A stretch of DNA of 63,910 nucleotides, filler included, from Stramenopiles sp. TOSAG23-2 (taxonomy: Eukaryota): NCBI GenBank assembly GCA_900128395.1. It is 3 parts of 3 records of this genome, joined end to end, with 100 filler letters (N's around TTAATTAATTAA, not from the genome) between each part and the next. Parts side by side here need not be neighbours in the genome. Positions count along the whole stretch, not along the records: positions 46,871 to 63,910 come from LT649659.1; 2 more parts are not named here. One strand, written 5' to 3'. The translations under genes were made by a program, and so were the position numbers. Each line of letters begins with the position of its first letter. The first letter of the stretch is position 1. Under the pieces are notes generated by a model. That model saw nothing but the letters and a program-made list of their open reading frames with translations. It was not told the DNA's origin and did no database searches. Positions 46,925 through 58,296 of the stretch are shown piece after piece.

Positions 46925-49900
46925 TTCGATTTGATTTGGCCATACCATCACTTTATTTCTATCTCCACCACCAGTAGTTTTTATCGAATCAGTTTTTCTT
47001 TTCTTCAATGCTCCAGCATCGAAATCATGCATTGGCATTTTCATGTTACACGCGCCTACTTTAAATGTACTTGGTTCAAATGCATTTGGATTCCATATTA
47101 TACCGATGGTATGACCTTTATATGAATCACGGAAGAAAAAAGCTAAGTTACCAAATGATTCACGTAATTTATTGATATACTTTGTAAACGGGTCGAAATC
47201 AAAGATTAGACGGTCTAATGGATCTTTAGTTGATAAATTTCGATATGTTTCAACACGAAAACGTTGACCAAACTTACTTGTTGACCCTTTTAATTCATTT
47301 ATATGTTTGTGTTTTCTTCTTTTATTTGTATTCTTGTTTGATGGCATGAAAAGGGGATATTGTCGGCAAGGTATATTTTCTGCTAGTAGATATATAGTTG
47401 CATCATAGTCTTTTCTAGATGGCGGTTTAAATGCATTTATGGCATTGTCCATCATATGGTTCTTTTTAATCATATTTACCGTTTCTTTTGCCAATGCAAC
47501 GAAGCGTTTTAAATACACGCTAGGCATGGCATTATTTTCCATCCACGACGGGACCCATTTAAGTTCTCGATCATACGATGTTACGACATAAAATAAAGTT
47601 TTATCTTCGCGAGTATGTTTCCTTTGTTGCGTTAATATTTCTTGTTTATGTTCGAATATTTCTTCGATCTCCCCTATGTCGTTAGGGGAAATGGAATCAT
47701 CAATGTCTACAATCAATGGTTCAAATTCCCATTCGTGATTTGCTACTAATTCTAAAAAACGTAAAAACCCAGTTAAAAAGGAGGATGGCGGCTCATGTGG
47801 TCTACAAGATGGATCCACGAATAGGCTAGCTACTATAATTTCAATCATCTCCTCTGACAATATATCCGATAACATTTTTGCATGAAACCAATGTTTCACT
47901 AATCGAACAACTTCCCCATAGACATTAAAGCGCAATTGCAAGGAATGAATTAAGTTGCTATGGATAATTTTTAAATCTGTGTTTAAACGCAAATTTCTTA
48001 ATCGTTTCTCCGCATCAATTTGTGTTACCATGACCCTATTATCAAAAATAAACTTTCTTTTGCCTCCTATTATTCTTGGTATCTTTGACGATGCAATCGC
48101 CAACAGTTCCTTCTCATGGTCGCAGATAATACTTAAACGAAATGCATAGCCAGCATATGCAATATCCAATGCACCATCCCGTGCTAGACTTTTGATGCTA
48201 AAGGATTTACGCAGCGATGCGCCAAGACTACATAAAAATGCAGTTTTTACTTTTTGTATTGCAAACAAATCATCTGGCCATCTACCACTGGATTCTAATG
48301 AAACCATCACTTCGTGTGGATGAATAATTTTGGATGCGTATCCATTATCTTTTAACCCATCTTCAACATTGCCTAATAAGGGGTGGAACGCTGGAGGATG
48401 TTCCCTGGTGTAGCGCCCACCAGAACTAATGAATTGCAACGCAGTGACACGCAGCGGTAATGTTTCTAAACTTGTGACTTTGATGGCCAAATCATCTAAT
48501 GTTTGCCTTAAACGTTTAAACAAATCATCCGACGTAGATGTTGTTTTAAACACGGGCTGTAAAAATTGATTTAATTGATTAGAGGATATTTTCATTCGCT
48601 TCAGTTGCATATCGTCTATTGCATATTTTAAATGTCTATTGAAAATATATTTAATAATTTGAGATATTACAGAGTACTGATTCCCATATTTATTTTGCCA
48701 CAATGTCGCCTCAACAATAGAACCATCTTTAAAGCGCCTTAATTCAGATTTTTCACCCCAGAATTTTCGAAATGTCGCTGCCATTTCCTTCTCCTCAGCA
48801 TTTGGACCACGATCCAGGGTACGTGCAAAAGTAGATTTTTCCAATATAATACCAACTATAATATTGCGTAACGGCAGCTGTTTGCGCCGTAACTGCATGC
48901 AATTCCATGAATTTTTGCTCCTTTTTTCCCACATCACTCGTATTAAACGAGCGCGGTCAGTCAACGCTCGAGACAACACATCATGCATATGNNNNNNNNN
49001 NNNNNNNNNNNNNNNNNNNNNNNNNNNNNNNNNNNNNNNNNNNNNNNNNNNNNNNNNNNNNNNNNNNNNNNNNNNNNNNCATGCATATTTTGCAATGTTT
49101 CTTGCTTCCAATATTTGCGTTTGTTCCTATTACGGCTTTCGTTGTTGTTGTTACCAACGTTGCCATCAGCATCGCCTTCATCTACGTTGTCTATGCTCGG
49201 TAAAATGCCATATACATCATATTTACTCCAAAGTTTCAAATTCGACTGACCTAAAAACAATGGATCAAATGAATATGTTGATGAACCATGATTGTTTTTT
49301 AAAAAACGATGAGATAATTTAGCTTGATACCGCAGTTCGTTATAAGCATCGAGGGAGACCCTCGATGCTAAATTCAACAGACATTGACTGTCTAGCATAA
49401 CTACATCATGAGATTTTAAATGTGTATTAATGCTTTGTTTGTAATTCTTATTCTTTTCATTATTATTATTATTATTTAAAATCAACACATGTCCAATTTT
49501 TCCAAAGTCACGCTTTGCTATATATACAATAACTTTCTTAAATATTTGTTTTGCAGAAGCATTGTTATTTATTTCCTTTTTATTTAATAAATCCGATGCC
49601 AATATCGAAATTAAAAATCCATTAAAAGTATCTGGTGCATGTAACATTTCGCGTCGTTGTAACCAAACTTTGAGCAACTGGCATGCGCCAATAAAACCTT
49701 TGCATTGCAAAGCTGTCTGGTGTAAACTTTGTAGATGGTCTCGCATATAGATATCTTCTAATATAGAACAATTATAACGTGGAGTTGGCACTTTTTTTAA
49801 TTCTTGTTGTTCATCATCATCATCCTCGCCATTGCTAGTCAAGGTTTCTTTGTGCATTCTTAAATTACCCTTTAGCGGATTTAATTTTTGAACTTCAAAC

Positions 49901-50949
49901 ACATCCTTACTAATGATTGGATAGATACGAATAGAAAATTTCTTTGCTAATTTTGATGTTTGACCAGATGCTTTCTTGCGTTTCTTTGTTTTTCCTTTCG
50001 TATCCTTCTCATAACTACTATTATCATCATCAGCTGCTAATTTAAATACTAATATTGGCTTGCTAAGATCATTTCCTTCTCTCCAACCTTGAATTTCGAT
50101 ATCTGAAAAAGAACTTTCTTTTGAAAGTTCATTAGCGATAGCTGATAAATACAACCGGCGTTTGTCATGATACCGATAATCTAAAACATCTTTTGGAACA
50201 AAACAACTGTTTGGAATTTGCACCGTAATATCAACATTACAATTCGATTTGATAATTGAATGTAACAAATAACTACCAACAAGATCAATTCGAGACGGTT
50301 TTTCAAAACGTAGAGATATTGGCTTTGTGTGATGTTTCCATAATGGATGTAAACCTTTACATTTTTGAAAAACTGGAGAATTTTCATTCATATCAAACGG
50401 TATCATTCCGTTTAATATTTTTTTTAACGTAAATAGACACTTTTCAAGATCTTTTAATGCCTTGTAATCAATACTAACGTGTTTCAATAATGATATAATT
50501 TTCAGTTCCATCATATTTGATTTTACTCTATTCGATTTACTTTTATTAAAACCATCTGTTTGTCTTAATTGTTGCATTTCAGATGTTGTAGGCAATGAAA
50601 AACGCGGATCATAAGAGGAATGCTGGGAATTTTTTCCTTTTCGGTTGCTTGTTTCTGTTGTTTTTGCCCTTCCTGTTGTCGTCGTAGATGCCACTACTGC
50701 TACAGTAGTATCTAAATAATAACCAAGACCATTATCATCGTTTTTAAATACATAACCTTTCTTTGCTCCAACAAATTTTGTGGATGGAAAAAATTCGACA
50801 TCGTAATTCGAAGAATTTTCAGCTTGAATAGATGACGATGAATCTAAAGTATTTTCTAAATCCGAATCTGATTCACTGCTAGAATCAGAAGAGCTATTTT
50901 GTACCTTTTTTGTGTTACCACGTGCTGCACGTCGTCTATTTCTTGGCAT
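46925..50949 (-). CDS. NOL6: Nucleolar protein 6 / Utp22 (Nrap family); spans an N gap, last codons missing
   Basis: VGSYLL, KDVLDYRYHDKRRLYL, PTPRYN, LLKVWLQRR, FRKFWGEKSELRRFKDGSIVE and ESSGRWPDDL. Confidence 0.95.
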
Positions 50950-51493
50950 TTTAAATTAAATTGTATTGCCTAATTGCAATGTATATATATATATATAATC
51001 TCCCTTAATCCAAACAGCAGCAAAAGATAATTTTAAAGATAGTTTTTTTTTTGTTTTTTTTTTTCGTTACAAATAAATATTATATTTGTTTTATGTAGTT
51101 ATAATTCTTACTATTTATTCTAAAATGAATGTATGACTATATTATGGTACATCGATATTCGGCACAAGCCAAGGAGGAAATATTTAAAATGAATATATTA
51201 TTATATATATTTGTTTTGGTGGTTTGGTGGTGATGGTGATAAAATATATTCGGATATATATAATATTATATGTGGTGGTGGAGAGGTTTGCACCACTTTT
51301 GTCCTCAACAATTCTAAACCATCGATTTCGTTAATAATACATCTCTAGCAACAGCTTTATAATGCTATTCCTACATTATAACATAATAGCACCCACACAC
51401 CATTGTTCAAAAATTAATTTGTATATATATATATTATTTCCATTTATTACCATCGAATTACAAATAGGTTTGCAAAAGCCTGATGTATGACCT

Positions 51494-51547
51494 GCGGATA
51501 TAGCTCAGTGGTAGAGCGTTCGATTGCAGTTCGAATGGTCACTAGTT
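51494..51547 (+). tRNA. tRNA-Cys(GCA), 5' portion only (pseudogene or interrupted gene)
   Basis: GCGGATA-TA-GCTC-AGTGGTA-GAGC-G-TTCGA-TTGCAGT-TCGAA-TGGTC-ACTAG-TT: intact D arm and anticodon arm, then a T6 run where the T-loop should continue. Confidence 0.8.
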
Positions 51548-51908
51548 TTTTAAGGGAAATGAAATTTGCAAATGAGGAACTCTGAACCTGGTTCTGCCAT
51601 ATTTATTGCAGATGTTAAAACAAAATATATTTAATATTTTTGTTTGTTTTTATCCTTTTTTTTTCTTTTCAGTAGTAGGATTGGGGATTGGATTACATCT
51701 CTGAGATAGAATATTGAGCATATACATAGTCTTTTTCATTGGGAGGTAAAATTATTTAAGAATATTTTAACTTAAAGGTTTGTGTACACAATATTTTATT
51801 ATTATATTATTCATTCGTGTTTCTATGTTTACTAAAAAACGATTTTTTTAATGAAATATTAAATATTATGCATATAAAAGAGATAAATTTTTTATTTTTA
51901 AATAACAT

Positions 51909-53636
51909 CTACGGCCCACCACTTGAAAAATAAGTTGGAGCCTTCGGAGGAAACGATATAACTCGTTCATCTTCAGCAAATTTTAATATATAGCGTATTA
52001 AATCAACTGAAAAATTTGTTTCAAAACTGTATTGCTGGATTATATAAATCAACAAAATTATATTTTCATATTTTACTGGAACCGTTTTCCTTTGTTTTGT
52101 AATGGCATTTGCCCATGTTGTAAAGTTGCTGCATCTTCTAGATATGATGACATTGGTTAAATGTAAATTATCTTCCAGTGCGCCCAGGATACATGAATTT
52201 CCGCTATTTGCATCTAACACTGTATCTGCTATATTCAAAATCTTTAAAAACAAACTTTTTCTGATCATAGTACTAAAGCATTTCCGAATCTCCACCTCTC
52301 TTTTACCATGTACTTTAATATTTCGTATGTTCAAAATTTTCAATTGTTTGTTATTATTAAGCGATAATAATGCACAGATCAATATTATATCACTTTCACG
52401 ATATGTCCGTAACATTGATAATGAGATTGTATTTGAAGTGATTTGAAAAGAAGATGTCGTTAAATATGCAAGTTTACAGAAATTGTTTTCCAAGTTACAT
52501 AATTCTTTTGAAAAATAATCTAACCCTACTTCAGTTACTTTTGTAGAGGCAATGTTTAGCGATTGGATATTTGATTTCTTCGAAAGCAAACCATGCAATA
52601 ATACTTTTAATCCTAAATCACCAAGCGTAGAAAATTTCAAATTTAGCTCAACAATGTGTTGATTGTTTCTAATTAATTTGCTTAATGCACCTGCGCCAAT
52701 ACTATTGATGGATTGTTTATTAATTGCTAATTTCCTAATTTTTTTATGGTTGGTTAGAATGCCAGCAAGCAAAACAATATCTTCAGAATTACATAATATA
52801 TCCATTTTATCATCCTTATTATCTCCGTCGTCAGATACATTGTCATTTCTTGATGGCAATATGGCAACATTCGTTTCCTTCGAGGAAACAGAGAATTTAC
52901 TACAAACAAATGATGAGAAGAGTCCACTAGCACTTGATTCATTTGAATCATTAAAATTTTCTCTGCCATGGCATTTGTCAAGCAAGATATTTCCTAGCGC
53001 TAATTTGAAATTCTTAGTCAGTCTGTTCTGAAGACGAAGTATTTTCAAATGCTTTATGCTCGATAAAATAAACAATAACCAAGATAGACTTGGCAATTTA
53101 TTTTTATCAAATGTTATCAACGTATTGTTGGACAAAGTCAGTCCAATCAATGTATCGCGCATCAAAAATGCCGATACATGATTTATCATGTCCACAGTGG
53201 CTTTGTTGGGAAATAAATTATTATTTTGAAAGTCGAAGGTTTTTACAGAAAATTTTGAATTAGATAAAACGGATGAAAGCGTTGAGAGGCCTTTCCATCC
53301 TATCTTTTGATTGGATAAATCAATATGTTTTAAGGATAAGATCGCAGCTTTTGGGTTACTTATGGATATCATTTGAATACTTTTAGCAAGATATGTAACA
53401 CCATTATTTCCTAGGCTAGACAAGGCATTCCTAAATGGCCCAATTTTGACTATGGTTTGAAAGTGTTCGTTCTCTTCCACATCACTATCACTACTGGCAC
53501 TAGCAACAGATTGCAACTCACTAATTACTTTGTCCACTGCTAGTTTTACATTTTTATGTAACTTTACTGTATAATTTCTTGTCTCGCTGTTGTTACGATC
53601 GGCTTTTGTATAGGCATTCATATTTAGTTTACGCAT
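51909..53636 (-). CDS. Divergent RNI-like LRR protein
   Basis: LKHIDLSNQKIGWKG, IVELNLKFSTLGDLG and IQSLNIASTKVTEVG; C-terminal SVDLIRYILKF. Confidence 0.85.
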   Translation of the reverse strand: MRKLNMNAYTKADRNNSETRNYTVKLHKNVKLAVDKVISELQSVASASSDSDVEENEHFQTIVKIGPFRNALSSLGNNGVTYLAKSIQMISISNPKAAILSLKHIDLSNQKIGWKGLSTLSSVLSNSKFSVKTFDFQNNNLFPNKATVDMINHVSAFLMRDTLIGLTLSNNTLITFDKNKLPSLSWLLFILSSIKHLKILRLQNRLTKNFKLALGNILLDKCHGRENFNDSNESSASGLFSSFVCSKFSVSSKETNVAILPSRNDNVSDDGDNKDDKMDILCNSEDIVLLAGILTNHKKIRKLAINKQSINSIGAGALSKLIRNNQHIVELNLKFSTLGDLGLKVLLHGLLSKKSNIQSLNIASTKVTEVGLDYFSKELCNLENNFCKLAYLTTSSFQITSNTISLSMLRTYRESDIILICALLSLNNNKQLKILNIRNIKVHGKREVEIRKCFSTMIRKSLFLKILNIADTVLDANSGNSCILGALEDNLHLTNVIISRRCSNFTTWANAITKQRKTVPVKYENIILLIYIIQQYSFETNFSVDLIRYILKFAEDERVISFPPKAPTYFSSGGP

Positions 53637-54249
53637 TTATTTTTATTAGTCACGTGCTTTTGAAATTAAAAGTTTACTTGTACATTTGTTTTGTGTCTCT
53701 GATAATATTTTAATCATCATTTTAATAAATATATTATTTCCTTTATTGAATTTATGTATGCCAGTATTAGTATGGCAACTATATACCTGTATTGCTATAT
53801 ATGCCAATATATTCAATATAAAAAAATGGTATTATACTTAGTAAACTATTATTATACTATACTCATACAGGCGGTATGGTGGCCATGGTAAATAAGTTAC
53901 TTGAAAAACTAAATACGACAGATACCATTAAACGTTTTGTGAAAGAAAAACAATTTGATCATTTCTTAGAGGCCGGCGGATTGGCAGAGGAGAAGATCCA
54001 GTATAATGGAGAATGTCTTATTGTATATGTTTGTAAACTTTAATCTAACTATGATATTGTATTTCGTATGTTACAAGGTGTTTCACCATTAAAAATTCGT
54101 CTTGATCGTATCGCTTAAAAAATTGGAAGGGCAATTGGACGGAGTGGATAGAGGGCATGTGTGACATAACCATTAAAATATGGGATAAGTGTTGTTGTAG
54201 TTCATTTCGATTATAATAATATTTTTTTCCATTTTGTTTTTTATGTAAT

Positions 54250-54981
54250 TTATACATACAGCCCACCATCTTTCCCACTCTTTCTCCACGCATCACGTAA
54301 TAACTGTTCTCCTTCATCACCGATTTTATTATTCGTCAAATAAACCACTTTCAACAAGTTACCTACTTTAAACGCCTTCGCAACATGCTTCGCCCCTTCA
54401 TCACGGATGTTATTACCATTCAAATAAAAGGTTTTCAACGACGTATTCACATTTAATGCCCCCGACAAATATTTTGCCCCTTCGACACCGATGTTATTAC
54501 GAAGCAACCAAATTCTTTCCAACGAATTATTCACTTTCAACGCATCCGCAACATGTTTCGCCCCTTTATCACGGATGTTATTCCCACTCAAATTAATCCA
54601 TTTCAACGAAGTATTCACTTTCAACGCCTCCGCAACATGTTTCGCCCCTTCAGCGCCGATGTTATTATTATTCAAATAAATTTCTTTTAAGAAGTTATTC
54701 TTCAATCGGTCGGTTTTGTCTTTCCCAAGCATAGCTTCAATTTTATTCCATCGCCAGCCCCATTTAAATCCTTTCAGCACTACATGGTTCCAGTATTTAT
54801 TCGCATGCGAAGTTAGTTGGAACCTACCAATTGTCCTTGCATCTAAAAAAATAAATTGAAGTATAGAAAGATACAAATATTCATTCTCAAAGATTTTAAG
54901 TCTTGATACTTCCAATTCGTTGTTTTCTACAACTGCTGAACTCGCCATTTGTATTTTTGTTTTTTTTGTTAAGCTCGCCAT
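54250..54981 (-). CDS. RNI/NLRC3-like LRR protein with 28-aa repeats and a possible F-box-like N-terminus
   Basis: Five LxxxxLxxNNIGxEGAKHVAxALKVNTS units (84 bp each). Confidence 0.9.
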   Translation of the reverse strand: MASLTKKTKIQMASSAVVENNELEVSRLKIFENEYLYLSILQFIFLDARTIGRFQLTSHANKYWNHVVLKGFKWGWRWNKIEAMLGKDKTDRLKNNFLKEIYLNNNNIGAEGAKHVAEALKVNTSLKWINLSGNNIRDKGAKHVADALKVNNSLERIWLLRNNIGVEGAKYLSGALNVNTSLKTFYLNGNNIRDEGAKHVAKAFKVGNLLKVVYLTNNKIGDEGEQLLRDAWRKSGKDGGLYV

Positions 54982-55213
54982 TTGTATAATTTAACAAAAA
55001 ACGTATCTTGTTATTTAGTATATGCGTTTGCATTTATTTATTTAAAATATTATGTAAAATATTATTTATTTATAGTATCTTGTTATTTAGTATATGCGTT
55101 TGCATTAATTTATTTAAAATATTATGTAAAATATTATTTATCTATTTATTATTCAAGTATTATTTATTCTTCTAGCTTGCCCAGCTTGCCTTAGCTTGTT
55201 ATATATATAACGG

Positions 55214-55416
55214 AATGAAAGTAAGTGCCAGTGCGAAAGTCAGTTCCCTCGTAAAATCCAGAGAGGAAATCCTGAAAATGTCCAAAATTTTGACAATATA
55301 CAGTAGCAACTATAAATATGGCCTATATAAGTCAAAATTTTGGTAAATTTTCACAAAGAGAGGTGCAGAGGATTTACGAGGGAAAACTAACTTTCGCACT
55401 GGCACTTGCTTTCATT
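55214..55416. mobile_element. Foldback / MITE-like palindromic element
   Basis: Outer arms AATGAAAGTAAGTGCCAGTGCGAAAGTCAGTTCCCTCGTAAAATCC and a near-perfect reverse complement at 55370-55416. Inner arms are 55273-55294 and 55331-55353. Confidence 0.75.
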
Positions 55417-55654
55417 TCAGCCGGATTTCCTGTCTTTTTACGAAGTACAAGCACGCGATAGATAGAATAGATGTATATTCGTATAGTACATCCAGTGTAT
55501 GTTCTTATACTTCGTGCTTTGAAAGATATATATATATATATATATGCATGTTCACTGTTCAATTTAACAGTAGTTTTGTGTCGTATATTTGTAACACTAA
55601 TAATATCAATACTGTTTATATATATTTTTTCAAATAATTTATACTTTTAAAAGA

Positions 55655-55891
55655 ATGGGAATTTCAGGTGAGCAAATCTCACTTGGAATGCAATTTGTTG
55701 CAAGTTTTTTCTGGGCAATTGGAGCTATTCTTGCCGGGCCCGCTACCGCTGCGGACTTCTTGCAATTTTTTGCCGCGGTGGCGTGGTGCATTGCAAATGT
55801 TGCCTCCGCGTGGTCCATGTATGTCAATAAAAATAATACATTCTCTGTTGAAACTGCTGATAAAAAAAATGTTGAAATAAGTAAAATATGA
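55655..55891 (+). CDS. 78-aa two-helix membrane microprotein
   Basis: ATG ORF with elevated GC and an internal repeat QFVASFFWAIG / QFFAAVAWCIA. Confidence 0.65.
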   Translation: MGISGEQISLGMQFVASFFWAIGAILAGPATAADFLQFFAAVAWCIANVASAWSMYVNKNNTFSVETADKKNVEISKI

Positions 55892-56445
55892 TGTGTAATA
55901 GTTGTTATGATGAAATGCATATGTACTTGTGTTCTTTTTTGTATATAGTGGGGATGTGGGGAGGAGCAATCGGGACAATAAATTTTTAAGTATAAAATAA
56001 ATCATATATTTACCTGTTATTTGTATTCTATTTCTTAGTATATGAAAATACATCCCTAGCAACTTAACCTTACAATGAAATCATTTTTTCTTCTTCTTCT
56101 ATGATTCGACGAAGAAAAACCCATGCACAATTAGAACTGTTGTAACAAAATATAATATACAGTATGTAATTATTTACACAGATATATATATACATACGTA
56201 TTTTTATATTATAGTAGTATTAAAAAATATATACAAGGTATAAACTCTATATAAGAAAAACAACATATAAGTTTGGTAATATTTGTTTTTGCATTTTTTT
56301 AATCTCATCAATTATATAATATCTCATCAATCAACTATAAACAAATATATATATTATATATATATATTATACACGAGATATACATATATAAAATTTTCCG
56401 ATATATAAGTCATCGTATCTTTTTGAATAGTAAATTCCAGTAAGG

Positions 56446-58296
56446 ATGAAAAAAATGAAATTAGGTGCGAAAATCAAAGAGACGAAAATTGTCGATACAG
56501 ACGAGTTAGATCGGGCTGAAGATATGTTAGAAGAGAAAGACTATTCTGGTGCAGCAACGATAGCTGACGAATTATTATTAAAAGTTCCATCAATTACTGA
56601 TCTTACATCACTATCACGTGCTGCATTGCTTAAGGGTAAAATAATAACGTTGCCATTGGTAGATCAACTACTTGATGAAAATCAAGAAAATCCAAGTCGA
56701 GAAATGTTTCACGGCGCATGGGATTTATTTCAACTTGCCGTGCGTTTAGATCCAGAAAATGAAGAAGCACATGATTGCATTGATAATATGAAAGGTATTA
56801 TGGAAACTACGAATACATCCGTGAAACATGAGGTCAATCATTCTGAACCGCTTGATGTTATTATCGTTGGTGCTGGTGCTTCTGGAGTTGGGGTTGCATT
56901 GATGTTAACCCGTATTTTTGGCCTTGACCCAGAGCGTGTATTGCTTATTGAACGTGGCGATGGTGTAGGCGAGACATTTAAACAATGGCCAAAAGAAATG
57001 CGATTTATTTCTCCAAGTTTTAACCAACAAGGTTGGACAAATTCATTTGATCTGAACTCCATCTTTCATGGTACATCACCAGCCTTTACGCTTCATGGTG
57101 AACATCCCACTGGTGCGCAATATGCTAAATATCTCCATGCATTGACTGAGAATGCTAATTTAAAGATCCGAGCAAAAACAGAAGTCACATCAGTAAAACC
57201 ATTTGCAAATGGAAAAGATGGCTTCAACGTGGATGTTGTATCTGTTGATAAAGTTAACATGGAGACACTTAGTGCTCGTTACGTAATATGGGCCGCTGGG
57301 GAATTCCAATATCCTCGAGTTGGTGGTGGAAAAAAAGGAAATGATTCGGCATTATTTCCTGGTGCTGAACACTGTATTCATAATTCTAGTGTACGAAGTT
57401 GGAGCGAGTTATCTGGTGATGATTTTGTCATCATTGGCGGATATGAAAGTGGTATAGATGCAGCATCAAATCTTTCAATATGTGGTAAGAAATGCACAGT
57501 TGTTTCTTCTACTGCATATTGGCGTGTTACTACTGAAGACCCATCAACGGAGCTGGCCCCATATACAGCAGATCGACTTCGAAGAGCTTGTGCCTCGTCA
57601 ACTCCACCACGATTGCTTGCCCCTTTTCGTGTATTTAAAGTCGAGCAAGTGAGTGAGGAGGGGATCAACCCAGGATATATTGTCCATGCAAAACGTGGCC
57701 CAGCAGTCGTTCATAGTGGTGGTGAGCATCGTATCCCCGTGTTATTACCTAATAATAATTCTGCTTCTAAAAAAAATAAACCAAATGACGAAGATTCCAC
57801 GGATGATGATGTTTCAAGATTATTTACAGCGCACCCACCAATTTTATGCGCAGGTTTTGAAGGTAGTGTTCGTTTGGGAGTTGCAAAGGATTTATTTGAT
57901 TGGGTCAAAATGGATGATGATAGTATCAGTGATGATGAAAGTTCCAACGAAGAATGTGGTGTAGATGTAGATGATGTAAAAGTTGATACTGTTCATGAGG
58001 AGAAACAAGATGATTCTAAAGAAGAAGATGGCTGTGCCTTGAGCTCTCCACAACTTAGCGAGTTTGATGAAAGTACAAAAACGCCAGGTCTATTTCTTGT
58101 TGGTCCAGCAGTACGACACCAAGATCTTTCATTTTGCTTTATCTATAAATTTCGACAACGTTTTGGAGTTGTTGCGGATACCATTGCACAAGGACTTGGA
58201 TATAGCACAGACAAAGCTGTGGAGGATGCTCGAGACATGAATATGTATATGGATGACTTCACCTGCTGTAAATCTGCATGTGGAGAGACATGTTAA
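56446..58296 (+). CDS. FAD/NAD(P)-dependent oxidoreductase (Pyr_redox_3/CzcO-like) with a TPR-like N-terminus and Cys-rich tail
   Basis: VIIVGAGASG, WAAGEFQYP, VIIGGYESG, GLFLVGP and FCFIYKFRQRF; ends DDFTCCKSACGETC. Confidence 0.9.
   Translation: MKKMKLGAKIKETKIVDTDELDRAEDMLEEKDYSGAATIADELLLKVPSITDLTSLSRAALLKGKIITLPLVDQLLDENQENPSREMFHGAWDLFQLAVRLDPENEEAHDCIDNMKGIMETTNTSVKHEVNHSEPLDVIIVGAGASGVGVALMLTRIFGLDPERVLLIERGDGVGETFKQWPKEMRFISPSFNQQGWTNSFDLNSIFHGTSPAFTLHGEHPTGAQYAKYLHALTENANLKIRAKTEVTSVKPFANGKDGFNVDVVSVDKVNMETLSARYVIWAAGEFQYPRVGGGKKGNDSALFPGAEHCIHNSSVRSWSELSGDDFVIIGGYESGIDAASNLSICGKKCTVVSSTAYWRVTTEDPSTELAPYTADRLRRACASSTPPRLLAPFRVFKVEQVSEEGINPGYIVHAKRGPAVVHSGGEHRIPVLLPNNNSASKKNKPNDEDSTDDDVSRLFTAHPPILCAGFEGSVRLGVAKDLFDWVKMDDDSISDDESSNEECGVDVDDVKVDTVHEEKQDDSKEEDGCALSSPQLSEFDESTKTPGLFLVGPAVRHQDLSFCFIYKFRQRFGVVADTIAQGLGYSTDKAVEDARDMNMYMDDFTCCKSACGETC

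Noticed and set aside
48982-49088. 88-N gap splitting NOL6 into two ORFs
   Set aside because: Both flanks carry CATGCATAT, and overlapping them gives continuous QETLQNMHDVLSRAL. It is a false gap, not an intron or split gene.
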